A stretch of 54,998 bases of DNA from Candidatus Eiseniibacteriota bacterium (GCA_038060295.1 JBBTHR010000007.1:10094-65091), one strand, 5' to 3'. Positions 39,399 through 48,344 are shown, counted from the stretch's first letter. Translations and numbers: made by a program. The notes: a model not told the origin generated them from the sequence alone.

Positions 39399-40457
39399 AT
39401 GGAGCCCCTCCGAATCGCCGTCGCGCTGCCGCATCTGGGCGTCTATGGCGGCGTCCGCCGCTTCCTGGAACTGGGCCGCGTCTGGACCCGGCGGGGACAC
39501 ACCGTAGCGCTCCTGACGCCCCCCTCCAGATCCGGCGCGGAGCCGGCGGAACCGTGGCTTCCCTTCGGGGGAGAGCGGGGCGGACTCGAGCGGCTCACTG
39601 CCGAGAAGTGGGACGTGCTCCTCTCGCCCGATCCCGAACTCTTCCTTCGCGCCGAGGCTGGCGGGGCGCTTCGGGTGTTCTACGCGGTCCTGGAAAAGTC
39701 GCCGTGCGCGGCGGAGGGGTGGCGGAGCGCCGACCTGGTGCTGGCGAACTCCGCCACCATGACGCGCCATCTCTCGCGGCGGGGGATCCGGGCGGCCGAC
39801 GGCGTCGGCGGCGTGAATCTCGAGTTCTTCCATCCTCCCTCGCCCGACCCGCGGCCGGAGCGCGCGAAGGCGTGCGCCCCCGTGCGCGTCCTCGTCTACG
39901 GCAGGCTCTCGAGAAAGCGGAAGGGAACCTGGACCGCGGCCCGCGCCGTCGATCTCGCGGCGCGCGCCGCGGGAGTTCCTGTGGAGCTGACGCTCTTCGA
40001 CGCGCCTCCTAGGGGGGCGGCCGAGGAGGCCGGGGCGCTTCCGATTCGTGTCCCGCACCGCTGGGTGCTCCATCCCACGCAGGAGGAACTCGCCACGCTC
40101 TACCGGGAGACTGACCTGTTCCTCAGCGCGGAGCGGCGCGCGGGGTGGTGCAACACGGCGGCGGAGGCGATGGCGTGCGGCGCGGCGGTCGTCTGCACGC
40201 CGAGCGGGACGGAGGATTTCGCGCGGCACGGCGAGACCGCGCTGGTGGCGCGCTGGCCCTGGTCGTGGCTCCTCGCGCGGCGGATCGAATCGCTCCTCCG
40301 CGATCCGGAGAAGCGGCTCCGGATCGCCGCGGCGGGACACCGGGCGATGCGGGCGTTCGGATGGGAGCGGACAGCGTCGAGCGTGGAGGCGGCCATTCGC
40401 GAACGGATTCAATCGAAGCTGGTGGCGCGGTCGCGGGAAGCCGCGACGAGCGCGTAG
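39399..40457 (+). CDS. GT-B fold glycosyltransferase (family 4-like)
   Basis: The N-terminus LRIAVALPHLGVYGGVRRF is typical of GT4. The C-terminal region is ...DLFLSAERRAGWCNTAAEAMACGAAVVCT (EX7E-like region). Confidence 0.75.
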   Translation: MEPLRIAVALPHLGVYGGVRRFLELGRVWTRRGHTVALLTPPSRSGAEPAEPWLPFGGERGGLERLTAEKWDVLLSPDPELFLRAEAGGALRVFYAVLEKSPCAAEGWRSADLVLANSATMTRHLSRRGIRAADGVGGVNLEFFHPPSPDPRPERAKACAPVRVLVYGRLSRKRKGTWTAARAVDLAARAAGVPVELTLFDAPPRGAAEEAGALPIRVPHRWVLHPTQEELATLYRETDLFLSAERRAGWCNTAAEAMACGAAVVCTPSGTEDFARHGETALVARWPWSWLLARRIESLLRDPEKRLRIAAAGHRAMRAFGWERTASSVEAAIRERIQSKLVARSREAATSA

Positions 40458-40466
40458 GGAGGGACG

Positions 40467-40823
40467 ATGGCGGTAATGAAGCGGAAGGCACGGCCGCGAA
40501 CCGGCGTGGCGATGATCGTGGCGGCCTACCCGCGTCGCGCGGTGGCACGGCGCGCCGCGCGCGAGTTGGTGCGACTGGGTCTCCTGGCGTGCGCCACGGT
40601 GGCGCCCGGAGCGACGACGTTCTATCGGTGGGAAGGGAAGTTTCACCACGAGCCGGCCGTTCTCCTCTACGGAAAGACCGCGGCGTCGCGGGCGAGTCGC
40701 GCGGTGAAGGTGATCGCGGCGCTCCACCCCGATCGCGTCCCGGAGATCCTGGTGCTCAAGACCGCGGGCGCCCTGCCGGCCTACGCCGCCTGGGTGGTGG
40801 CGGAAACCAAAGGGAAGCGGTGA
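40467..40823 (+). CDS. cutA: Divalent-cation tolerance protein CutA
   Basis: LLACATVAPGATTFYRWEGKFHHEPAVLLYGKT...HPDRVPEILVL is the CutA1 signature. The start may be internal (GTG 40506 or ATG 40512). Confidence 0.85.
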   Translation: MAVMKRKARPRTGVAMIVAAYPRRAVARRAARELVRLGLLACATVAPGATTFYRWEGKFHHEPAVLLYGKTAASRASRAVKVIAALHPDRVPEILVLKTAGALPAYAAWVVAETKGKR

Positions 40824-42454
40824 TGGCGCGGAGGCGCGCCGCTGCCGGCGCGAAGGGGTGGCTCTTCCACGGCGGGACGCTTCTCGACGCGCGGAGGGCC
40901 GCGCGCCCTGCCGGCGCCACGCCGCGAAAGGGAAGCGGAAGCGGCGAAGCGCTCCTCGTCCGCGGGGGAGTGATCGAAGCGATCGGCCCGCTGAGCCGAA
41001 TCCGGAGACTGGCGGGGCGCGGCGTGGAGGCCGTCGATCTCCGCGGCGGAGCTCTCGTCCCCGGATTCGTCGACGCGCACATCCACCTAGTCACCTGGTT
41101 TCGCGCCCTTCGTGAGCCATCCTTCGGCGAGGCGCAGACCCCCGCGGCGCTCGCGGCGCTCGTCCGCGCGCGGGAGAAGACGCTCCGCTCGGGAGAGTGG
41201 ATTACCGTGCGCGGCTGGGTGGCGCGCGCCTGGCCGGCGGAGTCGCTCGTGCGGGAGACGCTCGATCGGATCGCCCCCACTCGTCCGCTCGTCATCTACG
41301 CGGCCGACGGACACTCGGTCTGGGCGAACGGGGTGGCTCTCTCTCTCTGCGGTGTGAACGAGCACACGCGCGCGCCGGAGGGGGGCGTCATCGCGAAGGA
41401 CGCGCGAGGGGAGCCGACAGGACACCTGATCGAGGAGGCGGCGAATCTCGTTCGCTCGCGCGTGCCCCGCCTCGACGACCCGGCGGAGGAACTGCGCGAC
41501 GCCGTGGCCGAGGCGCGCCGGCTCGGAATCACCTCGGTCCACGACTTCGACGCCTCGGTCCATGGCCGCCGCGCCGCGCAGGATCTCGACCGCGACGGCC
41601 GCCTGGCGCTGCGGCTCCTCAAATCGATTCCGGTCGCGTCGCTCGACGCCGCGGAAGAACTGGGGCTCCGGCACGGCTTCGGCTCGAGGCGTCTCCGCGT
41701 CGGACCGGTGAAGATGTTCGCCGACGGCACGCTCGGGTCGAGTACGGCGCTCCTGGAGGAACCGTACGAGGGGACCTCGAACGTCGGAATCGTGGTGACG
41801 CCGCCCGATGAGTTGCGCGAGAAGACGATTCGCGCGGCGAAGGCAGGGCTCGCCGTGGCGATCCACGCCATCGGCGACCACGCGGTCCGCCACGCGCTCG
41901 ACGCCTTTGAGGCAGCGCTCTCCGAGGGGCTACGCTTCCCGGCGCCGCCCCGCGTGGAGCACGTGCAGCTGGCTCGGGAGGTCGACTTCGCGCGCTTTCA
42001 CCGGCTCGGCGCCGTCGCGTCGGTGCAGCCGATCCACCTCCTGACCGACCGCGACCAGGCCGCGCGGATCTGGGCCAACCGCACGGGGCGCTCTTACGCC
42101 TGGAAGAGCCTCCTTCGGGCCAAGGCCACCCTCTATTTCGGATCGGACGCGCCGTACGACCGGCCGGGGCCGCTCTTGACGCTTCAGGCGGCCGTCCTCC
42201 GCCGCGATCCCGCGCGGCATCCCGAGGCCTATCACGCCGAGCAGCGCCTGCGGCTCGCCGAGGCGCTCCGGGCCCACGTGGAAGCGCCGCATGCCGCGGC
42301 CGGCTGGACGGAGCGTCTGGGGCGTCTGGAACCGGGTTGGGGCGCCGACCTGGTCGCCTTGAGCCACGATCTCCGCTCGATCCAGCCGGAGGAGTGGCAT
42401 CGCGTCCGCGTGGCCGGGACATGGGTGGCTGGATCGAACCACATCCCGAAATAA
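40823..42454 (+). CDS. Amidohydrolase family protein (YtcJ-like, amidohydrolase_3)
   Basis: ALVPGFVDAHIHL (HxH metal site), then ...VAIHAIGDHAV..., VEHVQL and FGSDAP. ATG 40823 shares one nucleotide with the cutA TGA. The 769-aa track ORF upstream part was rejected. Confidence 0.85.
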   Translation: MARRRAAAGAKGWLFHGGTLLDARRAARPAGATPRKGSGSGEALLVRGGVIEAIGPLSRIRRLAGRGVEAVDLRGGALVPGFVDAHIHLVTWFRALREPSFGEAQTPAALAALVRAREKTLRSGEWITVRGWVARAWPAESLVRETLDRIAPTRPLVIYAADGHSVWANGVALSLCGVNEHTRAPEGGVIAKDARGEPTGHLIEEAANLVRSRVPRLDDPAEELRDAVAEARRLGITSVHDFDASVHGRRAAQDLDRDGRLALRLLKSIPVASLDAAEELGLRHGFGSRRLRVGPVKMFADGTLGSSTALLEEPYEGTSNVGIVVTPPDELREKTIRAAKAGLAVAIHAIGDHAVRHALDAFEAALSEGLRFPAPPRVEHVQLAREVDFARFHRLGAVASVQPIHLLTDRDQAARIWANRTGRSYAWKSLLRAKATLYFGSDAPYDRPGPLLTLQAAVLRRDPARHPEAYHAEQRLRLAEALRAHVEAPHAAAGWTERLGRLEPGWGADLVALSHDLRSIQPEEWHRVRVAGTWVAGSNHIPK

Positions 42455-42498
42455 GTGTACGAACGACTTAGCGATTGCTGTCGTATCGCGCTCGGCAT

Positions 42499-42507
42499 TG
42501 CTATAAT
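42499..42507 (+). promoter_or_regulatory. Extended -10 promoter candidate (TGcTATAAT)
   Basis: TGCTATAAT lies at 42499-42507, about 60 nt upstream of ATG 42568, in an unusually AT-rich spacer. No good -35 box sits at 17 nt. Confidence 0.45.
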
Positions 42508-42567
42508 TAGGGCACGTCCCCTCCTGTGTTGTCTCGTCGGGCGGACTCATCCGAGGACCCGCTCTGC

Positions 42568-45372
42568 ATGAAGAAGATCAGACTGCTTCTCGCGCTCGCA
42601 TCGGTCGCGCTTCTCGCGGCTCCGACGTCGTCGTCGGCGCAGTACTACGCCTTCGGCAAGAACAAGGTTCAGTACGACACGTTTCACTGGCTGTCGCTGA
42701 AGGGCGAGCACGTCGAAGTATTCTATTATCCCGAGGAAGAGCCTCTCGCCCGCGCCGCCATCGTCCTGGCCGAGGAGTCGTACGCCGACCTCGCGAAGAA
42801 ATTTCAGCACGAGGTGCCGCGCAGCGTTCCGCTGATCGTCTATTCCACGCACCACCACTTCGAGCAGAACAACGTGAGTCCCTTTCATGTGCCCGAGGGG
42901 GTGCAGGGCTTCACGGAGTTCATGAAGGGGCGCGTGGTCCTCCCGTACACCGGCAGCTACGGCGAATTCCGCCACGTGATCCACCACGAGATGGTTCACG
43001 TCTTCCAGTTCTCCATCCTGGAAGAGGTCTACAAGAAGCACCGCCGCAGCACCTACCTCGTGCCGCCGCTCTGGTTCTCCGAGGGGCTGGCCGAGTACTG
43101 GTCGAACGAATGGGACGCGCAGGGGGAGATGGTCGTGGCCGATCAGGTCCTCGAAGGGGAGGTCCCGCCGATCAGCGAGCTCTGGCGCTACAACGGCACC
43201 TTCACGATCTACAAGCTGGGACAGTCGCTCTGCGAGCACATCGGCAAGACCTACGGCGACGACGCGCTCCGTCGCCTCTACGTCGAGATCTACAAGGACG
43301 ACCGCTTCGAGCGCCTCCTGCAACGCGTGACGGGGACCTCCTCGCGGCGTATCTCGGAGGACTGGCAGTACGCGCTCAAGAGACGCTACTTCCCGAACGT
43401 GAAGGACCGCGTCGGCCTCACGCTGGCGGCCGAGGAGCGGGCCATGTCGCAAGGGGTGAACCTCAAACCGGTGGCCATCCCCGACAGCACGCTCCTTGGT
43501 GGGCACCGCTATCTCTTCGTCTCGGCGCGAAGCGGCTACACGAACATCTACAGCGCCTCCTACCAGGGGCGCGAGCGCGACGTGAAGTCGGTTGTGCGCG
43601 GACAGCGGAACGCCCAGTTCGAATCGTTCCATCCCTTTCAGAGCCGGATCGGCGTCTCCAAGACGGGGCAGCTCGCCTTCGTCTCCAAGTGGGCCGGCCG
43701 CGACGCGCTCTTCCTGATGGATCTTGCCTCCAAGAAGATCACGTTGCGGCGGCGCATGGACAGTCTGATCGCGCTCGCGTCGCCGGCGTGGTCTCCCGAT
43801 GGGTCGAAGATCGCCTTCGCCGGACAATCGAACGACGGTCAGTCCGACCTCTTCGTCCTCGACGTCGCGAGCGGAGACCTGGCGCGGGTGACGAACGACC
43901 GCTACACCGACGCCGACCCGTCGTGGTCTCCCGACGGGACGCGTCTCGTCTTCGCGTCCGACCGCACGCGCTACGGCGCCGAGGGACGGCACAACCTCTT
44001 CCTCGTGGATCTCGCCACGTTGGAGGTCCGCTATCTCACCTACGGCAACTGGACCGACCAGACGCCGTCGTGGTCGCCCGACGGCAACCAGATCGCCTTC
44101 GCGTCGGATCGGGACGGCGCCTTCGCGCTCTACACGGTCGGAACCGGCGGAAGCGGGAGCCGCGTCAGCCGCACGCTCGGCACGTCGCTCGATCCGGCGT
44201 GGACTCCCGACGGGAAGAACCTCCTCTTCACCGGCTACCGGAAGGGCGGCTTCGGCATCTACCAGATCCCCGTCACCGAGAGCCGGAGCGATTCGTTCGC
44301 GCTGGCGCTGGACGACGCCGCGGCGCCGCCGCAGTGGACGTGGGAGACGACGCTCGCCCGCTCCACGCAGGCCCCGGAAGCCTACGAGCCTCGCTACGGG
44401 CTCGATCTCGTCTCCGGCGGGCTCTCCTACAACCCGAACGAGAACGTGGGGCAGGGCGTGCAGGGCGCGGTCAGCGACCTCCTGGGGAACCGCCTCTTCG
44501 TCTTCCAGGTCGGAAACACCGCGGAGAAGTCGAGCGACATCCTCACGCGGATGAACGCGGGGGCGTGGTACGTGAACCGCCAGCATCGCTGGAACTACGG
44601 CATCGGCGCGTTTCACCTGGCGGGGGACTACCGGGACGCCCTCGGCCTCGATTACTTCGAGCGGAGGGCCGGCGGATCGATCGTCGCCTCCTATCCGTTC
44701 TCGCGCTTCGATCGGATCGAGGGAACCGCGCAGGCGTTCTACGATTTGAAGGACCGCGGCGACGGCTCGCCGCGCGAGGGCTTCCTGACGACGCACGGGA
44801 TCTCGCTGGTCCGCGACAACGCGCTCTGGTTCGGCACCGGCCCGCGCGACGGAAGCCGGTACAACCTGACCGGCTCGGTGACCACCAACTGGAACACGGG
44901 CCGGGCGGAGAACGTGACGCTGAGCGCCGACCTTCGCCGCTACGTGCGCGTCTCGCAGTGGACGACGCTCGCGACGCGGTTGCAGGGCCGGATGTCGAAC
45001 GGCGCCGATCCCGAGCGCTTCGTGATGGGCGGCACGCATTCGCTTCGCGGCTACGACCGTCGAAGCCTCTTCGGCACGCGCCTCTTCCTGGCGAACGTGG
45101 AGTACCGGTTCCCCCTCCTCCGCCGCGTCGTTCTCGGCCTTCCCTTCGAGGGCATGGAGCTTCCGGCCATCGACGGAGCGGTCTTCGCGGACGCGGGAAA
45201 CGCCTGGGAGAAGTTCGAGCCGTTCCCGGATCCGAAGGGGAGCCTCGGCTTCAGCCTTCGGACGAACCTCGCGGGATACCTCGTGCTCCGCTACGACGTG
45301 GCGCGCCGCACCGATTTCAAGGGCATCGAGCCGGGCTGGCATCGGGAGTTCTATCTCGGATTTGACTTCTAG
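42568..45372 (+). CDS. Outer-membrane protein (934 aa): signal peptide, HExxH/E zincin-like domain, TolB-like PD40 repeats, C-terminal Omp85-type beta-barrel (paralog 1)
   Basis: Signal peptide MKKIRLLLALASVALLAAPTSSSAQ. HEMVH is at aa 140-144 (nt 42985-42999) and WFSEGLAEYW carries E172. There are four or more PD40 repeats (SPAWSPDGSKIAF, DPSWSPDGTRLVFASDR, TPSWSPDGNQIAFASDRDG, DPAWTPDGKNLLF). Barrel motifs are GGTHSLRGYDRRSLFGTRLFLANVEYRFPLL and DAGNAW. The C-terminal residue is Phe. Confidence 0.85.
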   Translation: MKKIRLLLALASVALLAAPTSSSAQYYAFGKNKVQYDTFHWLSLKGEHVEVFYYPEEEPLARAAIVLAEESYADLAKKFQHEVPRSVPLIVYSTHHHFEQNNVSPFHVPEGVQGFTEFMKGRVVLPYTGSYGEFRHVIHHEMVHVFQFSILEEVYKKHRRSTYLVPPLWFSEGLAEYWSNEWDAQGEMVVADQVLEGEVPPISELWRYNGTFTIYKLGQSLCEHIGKTYGDDALRRLYVEIYKDDRFERLLQRVTGTSSRRISEDWQYALKRRYFPNVKDRVGLTLAAEERAMSQGVNLKPVAIPDSTLLGGHRYLFVSARSGYTNIYSASYQGRERDVKSVVRGQRNAQFESFHPFQSRIGVSKTGQLAFVSKWAGRDALFLMDLASKKITLRRRMDSLIALASPAWSPDGSKIAFAGQSNDGQSDLFVLDVASGDLARVTNDRYTDADPSWSPDGTRLVFASDRTRYGAEGRHNLFLVDLATLEVRYLTYGNWTDQTPSWSPDGNQIAFASDRDGAFALYTVGTGGSGSRVSRTLGTSLDPAWTPDGKNLLFTGYRKGGFGIYQIPVTESRSDSFALALDDAAAPPQWTWETTLARSTQAPEAYEPRYGLDLVSGGLSYNPNENVGQGVQGAVSDLLGNRLFVFQVGNTAEKSSDILTRMNAGAWYVNRQHRWNYGIGAFHLAGDYRDALGLDYFERRAGGSIVASYPFSRFDRIEGTAQAFYDLKDRGDGSPREGFLTTHGISLVRDNALWFGTGPRDGSRYNLTGSVTTNWNTGRAENVTLSADLRRYVRVSQWTTLATRLQGRMSNGADPERFVMGGTHSLRGYDRRSLFGTRLFLANVEYRFPLLRRVVLGLPFEGMELPAIDGAVFADAGNAWEKFEPFPDPKGSLGFSLRTNLAGYLVLRYDVARRTDFKGIEPGWHREFYLGFDF

Positions 45373-46252
45373 ACGCCGGAGGTTCCCGACCCACGGATGG
45401 GTGGCCGTCGCGGCCTGTATCACGCTGGCCGCGGGAACCCCGAACGTGCTCTTCGCGTCGCCTCCCGGCGCGTCCGACTCGACGAGGGCGCCCGATGCGA
45501 TGGGGGCGCCCGCCTACGTCGCCGTGGAGACGCGTCCCTCCGGGCTTCGCGTCACGATCGGCGCGATCGAGGTGGGGTGGTCGCCACTCGCCCCCACGAG
45601 AATCGTTTCCGGCCGCGTCACCGTGCGCGCGTATCCCCGCGATTCGCGCCGATTCGTTCCGGCGATCGACGGCGTGACGCTCGACGCGGCGCCGGGGGAG
45701 ACGCTTCGCGTCTTCCTCGACCTGCGACCGCATCCACTTCTCCAGAGCAGACCGGCGGCGCTGGTCTCGCTCCTCGCCCTCCGCGCGGCGGAGCCCGACT
45801 CGGCCGTGGGAGAGACTCCACTGCGCCTCGCCCCCTCGCTCCTGGAATCGCGCCGCGTCCGATTCGAGGCGCCGGGATTCGCCGATAGCGTGGTGCCCGG
45901 GGCGTGGCTCCTCGAAACCGCGGGAGGCGACACGGGGAGCGTCAGCCTGAGACTCCGCTCGCTGAACCTGCCCCCTCCTCCTCCTCCTCCTCGCCCTTCG
46001 CTCTTAGGCCGGCGATGGTTCCAGTGGAGCCTGGTCGGCGCGGGCGCGATTCTGACCGGCGGCGCGGCGATCCTTCGCCACGAGGGGGATCGCGCCTACG
46101 ACCGCTACCTCGACGCGAGCGACCCCCGCGTGATCGAGCGCGAGTTCGACCGCACGATCCGCTACGACCGGTGGTCGGCCGCATCGCTGGGCACGGGGCA
46201 GGTCCTGTTCACGACGGGGCTCTTCTTTCTGGTGACGGGGCTGGGACGGTGA
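45362..46252 (+). CDS. Membrane-anchored protein with PEGA-like beta-sandwich repeats, a poly-Pro linker and C-terminal TM segments
   Basis: PEGA-like segments (VETRPSGLRVTIGAIEVGWSPLAP..GRVTVRAY; GETPLRLAPSLLESRRVRFEAPGFAD), then PPPPPPPRP, then TM-like WFQWSLVGAGAILTGGAAIL and VLFTTGLFFLVTGL. The start is uncertain (TTG 45362 or GTG 45401). Confidence 0.6.
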   Translation: MTSRRRRFPTHGWVAVAACITLAAGTPNVLFASPPGASDSTRAPDAMGAPAYVAVETRPSGLRVTIGAIEVGWSPLAPTRIVSGRVTVRAYPRDSRRFVPAIDGVTLDAAPGETLRVFLDLRPHPLLQSRPAALVSLLALRAAEPDSAVGETPLRLAPSLLESRRVRFEAPGFADSVVPGAWLLETAGGDTGSVSLRLRSLNLPPPPPPPRPSLLGRRWFQWSLVGAGAILTGGAAILRHEGDRAYDRYLDASDPRVIEREFDRTIRYDRWSAASLGTGQVLFTTGLFFLVTGLGR

Positions 46253-47541
46253 GCCGCTTCCGCCACCTCGGCGCTCCGCTGGTCGCCGCGGCGATGCTCC
46301 TGATCCTCGGCGGCGGCTGCACGACGCGCGATCGCCTCAATCCGCTCGATCCGGCGAACTCCCAGACGGGCGGCGCCATTCCGGGTTTCGCGGCGATCGC
46401 CGCCAACGGTCTCGTGGAACTCCGCTGGACACCGCTCTCCCAGCGGGGCATCGCCGAGTACGTCGTCCATCGCTGGAGGCCGGGTGGTTCGCCCTCCCCC
46501 CTGCCGGGCGCCGTCTTCGGTCCCGCCTCTGGCGGCACGATCGACCTCGACGTCGACAACGACTCGACCTACCTCTACCGGCTGGTAGCCCGCTTCACCT
46601 ATGGGGACAGCGCGATGAGCCTTCCCGACAGCGCCACGCCGGGCGCCCGCGTCATCTCGATCCTGGGAGCCGACCCGTCGAGCGTCCTCGCGCTCTCGCC
46701 CGACGGCCGGGACGTGATCGCGTCGATCCTCGCCGCGAACGCGTACGAGGACTTCGATCTCGATCGCGACCGGGGCGTCCTCTGGCTCAGCGATCCGGCA
46801 TCGGGCGTGATCCTGCGCCGGGGACTGAGGGGGGAAGCGGCGGGAGTCGCGCTCCTGGTGCCGGGCGTCAGCGACGTCTCGATCTCGAATCTTCGCGGCG
46901 TCGGGTGGGTCGCCTCTCCCGATCAGCAGCGGATCCAGGCGTTCGGCCCTGACCTCGACGATCCCTCGCCCCGCTTCACCGTGTCGGGGCTGGGGCACGC
47001 GCGCGTCGTGGAGGCCGGGACGATCGACCCGACGGTTTGGGTCGGCAACGACGAGGGGACGGTTTTCAGGGTGAGCCCGACCGACGGGAGCCTCCTCGAG
47101 CAATGGAGCGTCGGCGCGCCGGTCCGCGCGATCGCGCTCGACCAGTCCGCCCGGTCGGCCTGGGTCGTGACGATCCGGGGGAGCGTGAACGATCTCATCT
47201 ACCTCGTCCCCGGGGTCACGACCACCGCCGCGAAGCGGACCGGCCTCGACAACGTCGCCGACGTGGAACTCGAGGCCGTCACGCGCACGCTCTGGGTGAG
47301 CGAGCGCGGGCGTCCTCGCTCGGCGGTGGGACGCGTCACGCGCCTCGCGGCCGATGGATCGACGCTCTCGAGCCGCGCGGGACTCGAGCCGTACGGCTTG
47401 GCGGTCGAGGCCGGGAGCGATCATGTCTGGGTGAGCGATCTCGCCTCGAATCGCGTCTACGAGCTCGACGCGAACGCGTCCATCGTCCGCCGGAGTCCCC
47501 CTCTCGGCGTTCCGTACGGGGTCATCATCCACGTCCCGTAG
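46249..47541 (+). CDS. Predicted lipoprotein with an FN3-like module and a beta-propeller (NHL/YncE-like) region
   Basis: GTG 46249 forms a GTGA overlap with the upstream stop. Signal plus lipobox-like AAAMLLILGGGC. The FN3-like part is LVELRWTPLSQRGIAEYVVHRW...YLYRLVA. Repeated beta-blade-like motifs follow (VLWLSDPASGVILR, VWVGNDEGTVFRV, AWVVTIRGS, LWVSERGR, VWVSDLASNRVYELD). Confidence 0.7.
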   Translation: MSRFRHLGAPLVAAAMLLILGGGCTTRDRLNPLDPANSQTGGAIPGFAAIAANGLVELRWTPLSQRGIAEYVVHRWRPGGSPSPLPGAVFGPASGGTIDLDVDNDSTYLYRLVARFTYGDSAMSLPDSATPGARVISILGADPSSVLALSPDGRDVIASILAANAYEDFDLDRDRGVLWLSDPASGVILRRGLRGEAAGVALLVPGVSDVSISNLRGVGWVASPDQQRIQAFGPDLDDPSPRFTVSGLGHARVVEAGTIDPTVWVGNDEGTVFRVSPTDGSLLEQWSVGAPVRAIALDQSARSAWVVTIRGSVNDLIYLVPGVTTTAAKRTGLDNVADVELEAVTRTLWVSERGRPRSAVGRVTRLAADGSTLSSRAGLEPYGLAVEAGSDHVWVSDLASNRVYELDANASIVRRSPPLGVPYGVIIHVP

Positions 47542-47544
47542 CCT

Positions 47545-47566
47545 CCCGCGCCGCTCCCGGCGCGGG
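47545..47566 (+). terminator. GC-rich hairpin 4 nt after the lipoprotein stop (9-bp stem, CTCC loop)
   Basis: CCCGCGCCG (47545-47553) pairs with CGGCGCGGG (47558-47566). There is no U-tract, so function as an intrinsic terminator is uncertain. Confidence 0.4.
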
Positions 47567-47820
47567 CCGATTCGGTCCCCCGAAGTTCTCGTTTCTTCCG
47601 CGATGGCATGGCCATTGCAGCACCACCCGAGAGTTCGCGCCGAGGCATCCGGTGAGGCCCCGGCGAGGAGCGGCGGCATCGCGCAACCGCGCAAGGAGTT
47701 GGCGGGGCGGGCCGTCTGGCCGTGGAAGGGGACGGCCGCCGGTAGGAAAGCGAGCCTTCGGCGCGATCGGCGGCGAGAATCGATGCAGCTTGCACGATGC
47801 AGGGACGAGGAGGATGAAGC

Positions 47821-48321
47821 ATGCCACGCACCCGAGCGACGAAACTTGCCACGCTGGACGTCGTCGAGGAAGTCGCGCGCCGGGTCCCCGGCTACAAGGG
47901 GTACCAGGACCTCGCGCAGCGGCGGGAGGACGATAGGCGGTTCAGGACGAGCGTCGCGGAATATCTGAACAGCGAGGCCCACCGGCTCGAGCGTATCGAG
48001 GGGAACCAGTTCGGCGACGACTTCACCGACCTACTCGAGGAAGTCGATGCTGGCGCCCGGAAGCTGGAGTATCTGGCCGAGTCGGTCGCCATGCCGGCCA
48101 CGCCGAAGGGATCGCTTCCGACCGACCAGGCCGTCGATACCGTGGGGACGATCGACGCGAAGATCCTGGAGGAAGTGGAACAGCTCCATCGCGTCGTCCA
48201 CGAGCTGGAGAAGGCGTATCTGCACGACGAGCGCTTCGAGATGAACCTTGCCGAGCTGAGGGGAATCACGGAGCGGATCGCCGATTACATCGAACAGCGA
48301 AACGTCGCGCTGGCGAAGTAA
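47821..48321 (+). CDS. Hypothetical helical/coiled-coil protein (166 aa)
   Basis: GAGGAGGA RBS at 47806-47813, 7 nt before ATG 47821. The protein is acidic and helical (PGYKGYQDLAQRREDDRRF..., EEVEQLHRVVHELEKAYLHDERFE). No family recognised. Confidence 0.6.
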   Translation: MPRTRATKLATLDVVEEVARRVPGYKGYQDLAQRREDDRRFRTSVAEYLNSEAHRLERIEGNQFGDDFTDLLEEVDAGARKLEYLAESVAMPATPKGSLPTDQAVDTVGTIDAKILEEVEQLHRVVHELEKAYLHDERFEMNLAELRGITERIADYIEQRNVALAK

Positions 48322-48344
48322 TTTCCGCGGCACCGCCGCGGCCG

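Noticed and set aside
40145-40822. Upstream 226 codons of the 769-aa ORF 40145-42454
   Set aside because: It overlaps the glycosyltransferase 3' end and all of cutA in another frame, with an Arg/Gly-rich translation. Amidohydrolase similarity starts at ATG 40823.
42547-45423. 958-aa ORF on the minus strand, exactly antisense to the outer-membrane protein gene
   Set aside because: The composition is typical of a high-GC shadow frame (Arg/Glu/Asp/His/Val-rich, with no hydrophobic core, signal or recognisable motif). The plus-strand frame carries clear signal-peptide, HExxH, PD40 and Omp85 motifs.
45971-45994. CCT/CCC trinucleotide repeat (ccccctcctcctcctcctcctcg)
   Set aside because: It is in frame within the PEGA-like gene and encodes a PPPPPPPRP linker. 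It is a short low-complexity coding tract, not a repeat element or CRISPR-like structure.
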